This document shows, piece by piece, positions 46,674 to 55,606 of a stretch of 61,281 nucleotides of DNA. The translations under genes and the position numbers were made by a program. Within the stretch, counting starts at the first letter, position 1; each line of letters opens with the position of its first letter. This stretch comes from a virus (lineage: Duplodnaviria > Caudoviricetes), in IMG/VR virus record IMGVR_UViG_3300030098_004783, positions 1 to 61,281 of that record. The stretch is one strand, 5' to 3'. Below the pieces are notes generated by a model. That model saw nothing but the letters and a program-made list of their open reading frames with translations. It was not told where the DNA came from and did no database searches.

Positions 46674-47987
46674 ATGGAATCAGAAAACGAAACCGATGAC
46701 ATCATTTGTGATGTCTGCCGTGACTCACCAGCTACTGCTGTGGAATGTCTCGAAGGCACAGATACTGACATATGTGACTGCTGTCTCGATGAACTACCTA
46801 CGGATGAGTGGAGTGGTGAGCTTGTCAGAGAAATCGTAGCCCACGTAGATGGCTACGGTGTAGGACGGGATACACTTGACGATGAGTGTTTCACCTGTGA
46901 TTGGAGTGGGGAGTATGGATTCAATGAGAATGCAGTTGAACTCACCTGCGGAGACATCGTTAATCGTGAGTATTACAGCGATGAGCTGTTCTACTGTCAC
47001 GATTGTGATTATCGAGGACATATCGATGATGCACAATGGATAGACCAGATTGAAGCATACGTATGTGATGACTGTTCGTGTGAACATAGGCACAGAGCTG
47101 ACCGTTGGCACAACAGATTCGCAAAGATTGTTTCCAATACGTTCAGTAAGTTCCCTGTCCGCAATTACGTGGGCATTGAGTTCGAAGCTGAAGAGGGAGA
47201 ACCTATACGTGATGTGATACCATCTGCCCTGTATAACAAAATCGCAGAGGCTAAAGACGATGGTTCTCTGAACTATGGCACGGAGTATGTGACACACCCA
47301 ATGCGTGGTGATGACATAGCTAACACGATAGATGAGATGTGCGATATGTTCGCATCAAATGGTTGGACATTAGGAACCAACGTAGGTTGGCACTTCCATT
47401 ATGATATGGACAGCTTGAGCATCAACCGTCAGAAGAACGTATGGAAGGCTATGCAGAGATTTGATAACCTAATACGTATGTCTGATGACTTCGGATATTT
47501 CAGAGATATGCAGAGGTCGTATGCCACAGGATGGACAGAACAATACGTAGCTTGGGCATCACAATGGGCGATGGATAAGAAGCGTGACTATGATTACAAC
47601 GCACATAGGAGACAGGCAACACGTGGCTCTGAGATGGGTAGATATGCGTGGCTTAATTGGTCTCCGATGGGGAACATAGATAATAAACGTGTAGAGATAC
47701 GATTGTATAGACCTATTACATACAGACGTAATTACACAGACGCTACAAGCTGGTCACGTAGTGCATACTCATCAGTAGCACAGGACTACAAACTATTCAT
47801 TCAATTTTGGAATGAGTTTATACGCAAGTCTGCGTATCGACCACGTTCGTTGAGATTCAGAGATGATGCACACGGACTGATTGATATGACAGAATTTGCA
47901 GGACAATTTTCACCAGAGGTGAAGGATTGGTTGATTACAAACCACAATACACATATAACACGACAGGAGGTGATAAACAATGTGTGA
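46674..47987 (+). CDS. Putative amidoligase (glutamine-synthetase-like COOH-NH2 ligase) with N-terminal Cys-rich zinc repeats
   Basis: VGIEFE, DDGSL, EYVTHP, GWHFH, RYAWLN, VEIR motifs; several CxxC pairs in the acidic N-terminus. Confidence 0.8.
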   Translation: MESENETDDIICDVCRDSPATAVECLEGTDTDICDCCLDELPTDEWSGELVREIVAHVDGYGVGRDTLDDECFTCDWSGEYGFNENAVELTCGDIVNREYYSDELFYCHDCDYRGHIDDAQWIDQIEAYVCDDCSCEHRHRADRWHNRFAKIVSNTFSKFPVRNYVGIEFEAEEGEPIRDVIPSALYNKIAEAKDDGSLNYGTEYVTHPMRGDDIANTIDEMCDMFASNGWTLGTNVGWHFHYDMDSLSINRQKNVWKAMQRFDNLIRMSDDFGYFRDMQRSYATGWTEQYVAWASQWAMDKKRDYDYNAHRRQATRGSEMGRYAWLNWSPMGNIDNKRVEIRLYRPITYRRNYTDATSWSRSAYSSVAQDYKLFIQFWNEFIRKSAYRPRSLRFRDDAHGLIDMTEFAGQFSPEVKDWLITNHNTHITRQEVINNV

Positions 47988-49248
47988 GATACAATTCGTA
48001 ATGAGCGATACGTTGGGCAATGACAACGTTAATAACTTCATTGAAATGTTGAGTAAAGGTTCTAGGTCGAACGATGACGCAACAGGTATATTCAGTAGTT
48101 CATACCAATGGAAAGTTGGTAAGGCCTACGAGGATTTGAAAGATAAGAAAGATGACAGCATCAGACACGTGCTGTCCGCACTCCCAAGCAATTGGCTCGT
48201 GGGTCACAATAGACTTGCGACACAGGGTAGTGAGACTAATAACGAGAACAATCATCCGTTCTCGAATGATACTTGCACGATAGTGCATAATGGTATCATA
48301 GGTAATGACGATACGTTGAAGGCACAGTATGGCTTCGACTATAAAGCAGAGACAGATAGTGCGATAGTCCCTGCGTTAATTGACCATTACATACGTGATG
48401 GTAAGGATGAGATAGACGCTATCAAAGAAAGTGCAGAAGAACTAACAGGTTCGTATTCGATATTTGTATTTATGCACAGCACACAGAACCTATACTACCT
48501 CAAAAATAATTCGACATCATTTTATATGATGAAAACTCTCGATGCAAACGATAACGTAAGCATCTATGGTAGCACATCCAAGTCAAGCTTGGAGGATATG
48601 TCGTATATAAAAAGCGATGGACTGTTTGGTTCCGACCTATTTAAAGCACGACACATAACTACACCAGAGGGTGGTGTTATATATCACGTAGTATATAAAG
48701 GAGATAACGGAATGGATATTGTTAATGCAGGTGAATTTACACCTCAATCCTACGTATATAAAGGAGGAACTACGTATTACGGTAGGGGTGCCTACTCTTA
48801 TGGTGGTAATACATACTATGATTGGGATTCACTCGATGATACAGATTACGTAGGAGATAGCTGTTCGCTATCGAAGAATGAAACCAAACGTAAGGAACGT
48901 GCAGAATCTTCGGAAGCTATGAACGAGATACTAAAGGAGTTCGATACTAACGTAGATGATGTGTTCGAAGGAGTAGTGACTGACATAGAAAACTTCTGCG
49001 TATACGATGAGGATATAATATTTAGTGGACAATTCACGAATGATATTATGGATGCGGTATCTACGTATTCAAGTAGACATCAACAGATAGTTCTACGTGA
49101 CGTTCCTACTATGTATGGAACTTACTTGGAAAATTATTTAGATGCAACTGCGTGGATATCTACGGATGATGTAGGTAAAGGCGAGGACATTAGCAACTAT
49201 ACAGTTAAATACCAAGCACTTGTTAAGTATATAGAGGACAACCAATGA
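47980..49248 (+). CDS. Class II (Ntn) glutamine amidotransferase with acidic C-terminal extension
   Basis: N-terminal Met-Cys, GHNRLATQG, NNHPF, VHNGII, ETDS. Confidence 0.9.
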   Translation: MCEIQFVMSDTLGNDNVNNFIEMLSKGSRSNDDATGIFSSSYQWKVGKAYEDLKDKKDDSIRHVLSALPSNWLVGHNRLATQGSETNNENNHPFSNDTCTIVHNGIIGNDDTLKAQYGFDYKAETDSAIVPALIDHYIRDGKDEIDAIKESAEELTGSYSIFVFMHSTQNLYYLKNNSTSFYMMKTLDANDNVSIYGSTSKSSLEDMSYIKSDGLFGSDLFKARHITTPEGGVIYHVVYKGDNGMDIVNAGEFTPQSYVYKGGTTYYGRGAYSYGGNTYYDWDSLDDTDYVGDSCSLSKNETKRKERAESSEAMNEILKEFDTNVDDVFEGVVTDIENFCVYDEDIIFSGQFTNDIMDAVSTYSSRHQQIVLRDVPTMYGTYLENYLDATAWISTDDVGKGEDISNYTVKYQALVKYIEDNQ

Positions 49249-49925
49249 AAACGTTAGCACTTAATCCTGATAAAAACGCAGACGATAACATATCAGACGC
49301 AGTCGATTTCTTTACACGACATTGTCACGGTGAGAAAGAACTTACCGGATTATTTGCATTCGAAGATAGAGACCCATACGCACTATACCATCCACGATGG
49401 AATGGTAGACCACTATTACCTGAGAAATTAGCGTCAGCTATTGATAGGTGGTGTGATAAAGGTAAAGGATGGGCGATACTACATAGCCGTTCATACCCAC
49501 GTGGAACTAATTCACGTAGAGAACGTATGCCGTTGAGGTTATCTACTTACCAATACTTCTTTCACATAGGTGGATATGGTAGCCAATCATTGTGGAATGA
49601 AGTGCAACGTTCACGTAGAGTAAAGAGGCCAACTAATATGGCGGTATATAATGCGTGGATACAATCACAAATATCAGATGATTTTCTTAACAGATGGAGA
49701 GACTATCACAACTTAAGCGATGAGGGTAATGAACGCACACGTTCATTCTGTTCATTCGTATGGGATAATGGTATGATAAAGAAATACAATATGTATGAAG
49801 ATGATTACGAGGATAATAGTCCGACACGATATAAGGTGTATAGTGTAGAGGGATACGACAATGATAACACATTGACTTATCGCCCTGCGTTTACTATGCA
49901 ACCAGAATGGGATGGTGTGCAATAA
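49245..49925 (+). CDS. Hypothetical protein
   Basis: GAGG RBS; ATGA coupling to the GATase gene. Confidence 0.7.
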   Translation: MKTLALNPDKNADDNISDAVDFFTRHCHGEKELTGLFAFEDRDPYALYHPRWNGRPLLPEKLASAIDRWCDKGKGWAILHSRSYPRGTNSRRERMPLRLSTYQYFFHIGGYGSQSLWNEVQRSRRVKRPTNMAVYNAWIQSQISDDFLNRWRDYHNLSDEGNERTRSFCSFVWDNGMIKKYNMYEDDYEDNSPTRYKVYSVEGYDNDNTLTYRPAFTMQPEWDGVQ

Positions 49926-50461
49926 TGGGTGCGTATCCATTTAGTCAGGCAGTCAAATGGCCTGAACATATGTGCGAACATTGTAGTAATATAATCGGCC
50001 CTGTCGATGTGTTCGGTAATAATCCAGACGATAATAAATGCGAGGGTGCGGGTATGAAACTGAAACCACAATGGGGTGGTAAACTCGAAGGACAGGCAGA
50101 TGATGACCCTACGCAACACGCATTCATAGATATATCATATGGTATACGTGACCATACAGACTCTGAGAAATTTAGAAAGTTCGTTATGGAAACTAAACGT
50201 ATGGCTGTTCCTATGTGTGAACTTGGTAAACAATTACCAAAGATACACGTGCAAAGACAGTCAGACTGTGAGTATCCAGAGATTAGAAAGAAGATGGATA
50301 TGGATGGAGTCCCACGTATGGTGGACATAGAAGGACATAAATTCTGCGGACATTGTCACGTCAAGCAGACGTATCAGGGCTACGCAGATTACTCGTGGCG
50401 TTCGACAGCAGAGACCTGCACGAACCCTGATTGTATAATGAACGGAGGTAAAGAACAATGA
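49925..50461 (+). CDS. Cys-rich hypothetical protein (start revised to MGAYPF)
   Basis: TAATG coupling; CEHC, CGHC, CTNPDC. Confidence 0.7.
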   Translation: MGAYPFSQAVKWPEHMCEHCSNIIGPVDVFGNNPDDNKCEGAGMKLKPQWGGKLEGQADDDPTQHAFIDISYGIRDHTDSEKFRKFVMETKRMAVPMCELGKQLPKIHVQRQSDCEYPEIRKKMDMDGVPRMVDIEGHKFCGHCHVKQTYQGYADYSWRSTAETCTNPDCIMNGGKEQ

Positions 50462-50601
50462 GTAAACACACAGATGAACTGCTTGAAGCAGTTCAGGAGA
50501 TATCCGCAATCATTTACTATCAGTCGAATTTAAAAGAGCAGGATAGATGGTTAGCAGATATAATGGAGAAAGGTATATGGCTCCCAGAGGATGACGACTG
50601 A
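50458..50601 (+). CDS. 47-aa hypothetical protein (not in ORF track)
   Basis: MSKHTDELLEAVQEISAII...; GGAGG RBS; coupled at both ends. Confidence 0.65.
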   Translation: MSKHTDELLEAVQEISAIIYYQSNLKEQDRWLADIMEKGIWLPEDDD

Positions 50602-50735
50602 TGGAAGATATATGCGATTTCATTGACGGTAGTGGCATAGTAGAATGTCCAGATTGCGGTGAGGTAGTAGAGACCGTAGACGAAGATAAGTGTCCTTACT
50701 GTCACAATGGAAAATATATGTATGGAGATATATAA
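50601..50735 (+). CDS. 44-aa CPxCG zinc-finger microprotein (not in ORF track)
   Basis: ECPDCGE...KCPYCH; TGATG coupling; abuts the next ATG. Confidence 0.75.
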   Translation: MEDICDFIDGSGIVECPDCGEVVETVDEDKCPYCHNGKYMYGDI

Positions 50736-51083
50736 ATGAAACAAAACAAAATATTAACAGAGTTTCTCGATATGATAGACGAAGCCCATAAGATAGAGGC
50801 ATCTAACATAGACATAAAGAAGATACTCTCACCTGCACAGTTCAGGCAATTTACAGAAATGGAAGAGGTTATTAACAATATGTTTTCAGCTAATAACCTA
50901 CACGAAGGCATACGTAAGACAATAGACGGTGCCAAGCTAAACAATACGCAACAGATAAACGTATTGATTATGCTAAAAATATTTGAAACATTCATCGGTG
51001 CGATGAAGGAGGCTGGTATACAACCCGATACAAGCAGTAGCAATTATGATTTGCCTACTGACTTCGGTGACTTGTATGCCTAA
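50736..51083 (+). CDS. Hypothetical helical protein
   Basis: GGAG RBS; operon continuity. Confidence 0.7.
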   Translation: MKQNKILTEFLDMIDEAHKIEASNIDIKKILSPAQFRQFTEMEEVINNMFSANNLHEGIRKTIDGAKLNNTQQINVLIMLKIFETFIGAMKEAGIQPDTSSSNYDLPTDFGDLYA

Positions 51084-51085
51084 AA

Positions 51086-51131
51086 CACACATAGTAGGTA
51101 AGTTAGTAAACGTACTTACCTACTCTGTGTG
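51086..51131. other. Strong intergenic hairpin
   Basis: CACACA-T-AGTAGGTAAGT / ACTTACCTACT-C-TGTGTG; 17 bp with one mismatch. Confidence 0.65.
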
Positions 51132-51161
51132 GTGATACAAAAAATTAAAGGAGAATTAAAA

Positions 51162-51494
51162 ATGACAAACAACAGATTTAGTAGAATGTCCTCACGTAGT
51201 GGGGGTAATGATAGCTCCGCCAAATCAGGCGGGAACGTTAAGTATAACGTAATTAAGAGTGAACGTGTGGATTGGGAACCAAATAACTTTTTGGAAATAT
51301 CCCACAAGTCATACGATGCTAAGGGTGAGAACTCTGGTAGTGGTGAGTTTTACTCACTATCACGTGGCTACTACGCAACCGGCAACGGTGACGTAGATGA
51401 AGGCACACCTATATACCAGAAGAACCTTACGCTTCCAGCTGACGATAAGTTCCTCGATAGCTTCATCGGTGCATTAGATAAGATATTTTCTTAG
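51162..51494 (+). CDS. PC4/PUR-like single-stranded nucleic-acid-binding protein (start revised to MTNNRF)
   Basis: AAGGAG RBS; beta-beta-beta-beta-alpha pattern NNFLEIS...EFYSLSRGYY...KNLTLP...helix. Confidence 0.55.
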   Translation: MTNNRFSRMSSRSGGNDSSAKSGGNVKYNVIKSERVDWEPNNFLEISHKSYDAKGENSGSGEFYSLSRGYYATGNGDVDEGTPIYQKNLTLPADDKFLDSFIGALDKIFS

Positions 51495-51502
51495 GTGCAT
51501 AG

Positions 51503-51667
51503 ATGAGAAGCAAAGATGTTCGCACAGGTATGGTTCACGAGATGCATAGTATAACTACTGCATATGAGAACCTACGCACAGTAATGAGTAAGCCTTCACC
51601 TATGAGTAGGTGGAGTGAGGTTAAGGATGCTCTTGAGCGTCTATCATCTGCTATTTACGGACAGTGA
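51503..51667 (+). CDS. 54-aa hypothetical protein (not in ORF track)
   Basis: MRSKDVRTGMVHEM...; AGGTG RBS. Confidence 0.55.
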   Translation: MRSKDVRTGMVHEMHSITTAYENLRTVMSKPSPMSRWSEVKDALERLSSAIYGQ

Positions 51668-51739
51668 ATACGTAGATAAATACACCCTTGCAATACACGT
51701 AGGATATTGTATCTTAGTATCAATAGTGGTGTTATCAAT

Positions 51740-51967
51740 ATGAGATATCATATAGCTTATTCAAATCAGATACGTTTGAAGGATGGCCGAGTACTCACGT
51801 ACGATGACGTTGAACTTCACGAAGAGACACACGAGTACGACGTAGGCACGAGAGAGAAACACAATACACCACGTAAGGGTGATGAGCTGGAGTATCTCGA
51901 AGATTTTATGTCAGGCAACTTTGTTGTCATCCTCGAGAAAGGAGACGTAGAACAATTAAGTGATTAA
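51740..51967 (+). CDS. Hypothetical acidic protein (start revised to MRYHIA)
   Basis: GGTG RBS. Confidence 0.6.
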   Translation: MRYHIAYSNQIRLKDGRVLTYDDVELHEETHEYDVGTREKHNTPRKGDELEYLEDFMSGNFVVILEKGDVEQLSD

Positions 51968-52607
51968 GGTGAACCGATTACATATACGATACGAGCCGAG
52001 AGTAGGCACTAAGTCTGGAGGGGGATACAATAACACTTCCTCTGGACTGCACGAAGTGAGGCACGTAGATGATGTAGTTGAGTTTGTATTTCTTAATGAA
52101 ATATACGTGAGGTTCGGTAGCGTTGATTCACTCAACGTCTACCCTCACCCACCTTATGATGATGACCTACGCAACCACGATGTATCTGAATTACAGATGG
52201 TAGCGGACAATAGGTTCGCACGTGTCATCGACAATCTTTTTAGAAAAGAATGTATTGATGACAACAACATACACGAGTATGTATTTAGAATTTACAGACG
52301 ACCTACGTATGGTCGAACTGATATACCTGCGTATTGGGATATAACTATACGTGAGCATAATATCGATTTGCCACGTTACGCACATAGCCCTGCTCCTACG
52401 GAGATGTACGTAGGTGAGTTCAAGGATACGTGGACTGACGAACAACGTGAGGTTGTGCGTGAGTTCCGTGCGTACGCTGTGAGTTTCCCGCGTTCGCTGA
52501 CTGAGAATCAATTCATCGAGTTCTATATGCAACGGATAAAAGATAGCCCTTCCCGCGCCGATGCTCGTAGAATATGGAAACATAGGGCAGAAATGGGATT
52601 AGTATAA
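51960..52607 (+). CDS. Hypothetical protein
   Basis: Long ORF in operon orientation. Confidence 0.7.
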   Translation: MIKVNRLHIRYEPRVGTKSGGGYNNTSSGLHEVRHVDDVVEFVFLNEIYVRFGSVDSLNVYPHPPYDDDLRNHDVSELQMVADNRFARVIDNLFRKECIDDNNIHEYVFRIYRRPTYGRTDIPAYWDITIREHNIDLPRYAHSPAPTEMYVGEFKDTWTDEQREVVREFRAYAVSFPRSLTENQFIEFYMQRIKDSPSRADARRIWKHRAEMGLV

Positions 52608-52609
52608 CA

Positions 52610-53053
52610 ATGGTAAATACAAAAAAAGATGTAAAGTTTGGCCTTAAAAAAGAAGAGGAAGCTATTAAATGCTTCTCTGACAATGCTCCCAAAGGTAAAT
52701 GGAATGAATTTAAAAAGATGAATGAGTTTAATCACTTCGATTATTGTGCTCATTCTGCTGACCGTAAGCGTTCTGCGTTCGTAGAGATTAAATCTCGACG
52801 TAATGCTAAGGACGCGTATGAGGACACTATGGTGCCCTCTGTAAAGATTGAGAAGGCTTTAAACCTGATTCGTTTAGGACATAAAGTTTATTTTGTATTC
52901 AATTTTACTGACGGTATATTCTTTATTGACCTCGAAAAGGCCACCGTACGCTTTGGAAAAAGCGCACGTACAGATAGAGGTGCATTGGAATTAGGACACT
53001 ACGCATTTATACGCGTAGATTTATTAACAAAAATAGGAGAAAAAAATGAGTAA
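52610..53053 (+). CDS. PD-(D/E)xK nuclease
   Basis: E...HFDY...FVEIKSR; VYFVFNFTDG. Confidence 0.8.
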   Translation: MVNTKKDVKFGLKKEEEAIKCFSDNAPKGKWNEFKKMNEFNHFDYCAHSADRKRSAFVEIKSRRNAKDAYEDTMVPSVKIEKALNLIRLGHKVYFVFNFTDGIFFIDLEKATVRFGKSARTDRGALELGHYAFIRVDLLTKIGEKNE

Positions 53054-53438
53054 TGTAACAGCAAGAAAATATAAAGAGTTAGAAAGCCGAATCGAAACAA
53101 TCGAAAAGTGGCTAGATGAAAAGACCGACGTCTTAACGCAACTTGGTATGTTAGAAAACTACAGCTTCCTGATAAAAGCAGTTAGAGAATACGTTGAAAG
53201 ACAAGAACAAATGGGACAACAAATGCAACATATGCAAGGACAGTTCCAGACTAACATTGCTTCTGTAGAAGAGTTTATGAAAGACAACAAACTCGAAAAG
53301 AAATGGGAAAAATTCTTAGATAAGAAACAAAAAGAAGCTGAAGAAGAAATGAAAAAGCAACAAGCTATGGCGGAAGGTCCAGATATAAAAAGCGCAAGTG
53401 AAATTATAGCAGAACAGCGGGGAATGACTAAGGAGTAG
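53046..53438 (+). CDS. Coiled-coil hypothetical protein
   Basis: E/K/Q-rich heptads; AGGAG RBS. Confidence 0.7.
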   Translation: MSNVTARKYKELESRIETIEKWLDEKTDVLTQLGMLENYSFLIKAVREYVERQEQMGQQMQHMQGQFQTNIASVEEFMKDNKLEKKWEKFLDKKQKEAEEEMKKQQAMAEGPDIKSASEIIAEQRGMTKE

Positions 53439-53441
53439 ATT

Positions 53442-53537
53442 ATGTGGCAAATCTCTGATATAGGTAGCTGTATAGAATGTACAGAATACACAGCTATAGA
53501 TGAATACAATACTTGTGAAATATGTAGTATATTATGA
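53442..53537 (+). CDS. 31-aa CxxC...CxxC microprotein (not in ORF track)
   Basis: MWQISDIGSCIECTEYTAIDEYNTCEICSIL; AAGGAG RBS; ATGA overlap with the ATPase gene. Confidence 0.65.
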   Translation: MWQISDIGSCIECTEYTAIDEYNTCEICSIL

Positions 53538-54883
53538 TTCAAAAACGAAAGAGTAATCTCAATGACTTACACCGATACTTCGAAAGTTGTTTTGTGTTAG
53601 GTAAAAGAGACCCTATATTAGAAAACCACGAAACTCGTATACTCGCCTTATTATTATGGGCGATTGCTGGTAAATCAGTATGTATTAGAGGTGAGTCTGG
53701 CAGTGCTAAAACTAAAATATTAAACGCAGTAACTGCATTGATATATGGTGACGAAGGACTCGCGGGACGCAATCCCAGTGTTTTATGGTTGAATTCATCT
53801 TCAGCCAAAGGACATCTTACTGAGGATAGTGCTCACGTTATAACACAATCTAAGCGTTGTGTTATTCCTGAGCTACAAAATATATTGACATCTCAAAATC
53901 TAGAAGCTATGATTAAGCTTTGGATGGAAGACCGTCCGTATATATACAGTAAGAACGAAATGGGTAGACGTACTGTCAGGATAATACTTGACCCTAAACC
54001 AATATTGACGAACCTTGCCGATGGAAACGAAAGTTTACCACAGCTCCCTGTTGAAATGAGACGTAGAGTAATAAGTTTGCCTACGTTCTCTAGTAAGGAG
54101 TTAAACGAAAAAGTTCACCATCTAAAGGCAGTAAGTCGTATGTTACCAGACGATAAGCTAGTGAAATTATCACGTATAGAAACCAGTGGCTTAAAAAATC
54201 AAATAAAAGAAGCTATGGGATTAGATAAACGTGTTATAAATCCAGGAGCAGACGTCATACGTACGACTATACCAGCAATATATACAATGTCAAACACATT
54301 CATAGATTATTACTTTGATGTTATAGAAGCAGTTACTAAGTTTCACCATAGAGAAAGAGCACAGGATTTGGATTATATTTATTCGACTCCTGCGGACAAT
54401 TTCATTGGTTTCTTATTGGCCGGTAGTATCTTCAGAGATATGTCAATAGGAATCAATCCGATTGGGAAAGAAATTATAGATTTCGTACCAAAAGCGGAAG
54501 TGTGGGGAGATTTAGTAACAGAAAGCGAGTCAGATGCAGTTCATATAGACGAAATCACTGACCACCTTTCAACAAAAGGAATAAACCGAACTAAGAAAAT
54601 GATTGAATATACAATGGAACGTTTAGTTGATACTAATTTTGTAAGGAGATTAAATAAAACAAACAAGTATTATAGAACGCAGGACTTTGATTTTAGTAGG
54701 TCAGTAGATTGGAAGGGTTTAGTAGATGCTTGTATAACGAATATGGAGAGTAATTCACCACATATTGCAGAAGAATATAAGAAGGATGATTTACATATGT
54801 ATACAGACCCATTTACAGGCGAACATAAGAATATACCTATGACATTACAAGTATATGGAGGACATATAGATGAAGGAGTATGA
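53534..54883 (+). CDS. AAA+ ATPase, MCM-like replicative helicase candidate with C-terminal winged helix
   Basis: Walker A GESGSAKT, SSAKG, CVIPE (Walker B position), arginine finger EMRRR, C-terminal wHTH-like segment. Confidence 0.65.
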   Translation: MIQKRKSNLNDLHRYFESCFVLGKRDPILENHETRILALLLWAIAGKSVCIRGESGSAKTKILNAVTALIYGDEGLAGRNPSVLWLNSSSAKGHLTEDSAHVITQSKRCVIPELQNILTSQNLEAMIKLWMEDRPYIYSKNEMGRRTVRIILDPKPILTNLADGNESLPQLPVEMRRRVISLPTFSSKELNEKVHHLKAVSRMLPDDKLVKLSRIETSGLKNQIKEAMGLDKRVINPGADVIRTTIPAIYTMSNTFIDYYFDVIEAVTKFHHRERAQDLDYIYSTPADNFIGFLLAGSIFRDMSIGINPIGKEIIDFVPKAEVWGDLVTESESDAVHIDEITDHLSTKGINRTKKMIEYTMERLVDTNFVRRLNKTNKYYRTQDFDFSRSVDWKGLVDACITNMESNSPHIAEEYKKDDLHMYTDPFTGEHKNIPMTLQVYGGHIDEGV

Positions 54884-55004
54884 TGGTAGATGCCAATACT
54901 GTTTAGATTGGCCACAAGAATGCGATTGTAGACCAAACCTAATACAAGGGGGACTATTTTATAAGAATAGTTACTGGCCTATAAGGGAGATAGACCCACG
55001 ATGA
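54870..55004 (+). CDS. 44-aa CxxC..CxC microprotein (not in ORF track)
   Basis: MKEYDGRCQYCLDWPQECDC...; GGAGG RBS; ATGA coupling downstream. Confidence 0.6.
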   Translation: MKEYDGRCQYCLDWPQECDCRPNLIQGGLFYKNSYWPIREIDPR

Positions 55005-55234
55005 TAACATACTGCAAAGGATACAAGCATCCAGACGATATAAAGGTATGTATAAATGACCACGTTATAACATTTAAAGAAGTAGCAGAAGTGATTATAC
55101 AACTGATAAAAAATGAAGACAATATATATCCGAAACCCAGATTTAGAGGAGGAGATATGTTAATTGATTTTTTAAATGAATGTATGGAAATGAGAGATGT
55201 TCCTGATGAATTATTAAGGAAGTATAAATTATGA
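55001..55234 (+). CDS. Hypothetical protein
   Basis: Coupled ORF with GGGAG RBS. Confidence 0.65.
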   Translation: MITYCKGYKHPDDIKVCINDHVITFKEVAEVIIQLIKNEDNIYPKPRFRGGDMLIDFLNECMEMRDVPDELLRKYKL

Positions 55235-55326
55235 GTGATATCATACCATTAGAAATTCCTTTAAATAGTCAGATACGAGTATATATACTATGTGGCATAG
55301 TTAATATAATATGGAGGGTAATATGA
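55231..55326 (+). CDS. 31-aa hydrophobic microprotein
   Basis: MSDIIPLEIPLNSQIRVYILCGIVNIIWRVI; ATGA overlaps at both ends. Confidence 0.5.
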   Translation: MSDIIPLEIPLNSQIRVYILCGIVNIIWRVI

Positions 55327-55436
55327 ATTGTACCTTATGTAAATGGAAACTATCACCACAGTATGTTAGATACCGAGATGTCAATGGTAATCCCTATTGT
55401 AGGGAATGTTATATACAGATAGGAGGAATACTGTGA
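55323..55436 (+). CDS. 37-aa CxxC...CxxC microprotein (not in ORF track)
   Basis: MNCTLCKW...NPYCRECY; GGAGG RBS. Confidence 0.7.
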   Translation: MNCTLCKWKLSPQYVRYRDVNGNPYCRECYIQIGGIL

Positions 55437-55606
55437 TAATAATAGAAGATTTGATATGGCACCTTGAATCTTTAAATGAAGATTTAGAAGATAAAGGTCT
55501 AGAAGTTACTATTGACTTCTTAAGATATATGAGAAGAAACATAGCAGGTAGAGGAACTTTATCAGGTTTTCTATCAGCAGATGAGTATAGGGAGATAAAA
55601 ATATGA
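55433..55606 (+). CDS. Hypothetical protein (start revised to GTG 55433)
   Basis: AGGAGG RBS and GTGA overlap. Confidence 0.6.
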   Translation: MIIIEDLIWHLESLNEDLEDKGLEVTIDFLRYMRRNIAGRGTLSGFLSADEYREIKI

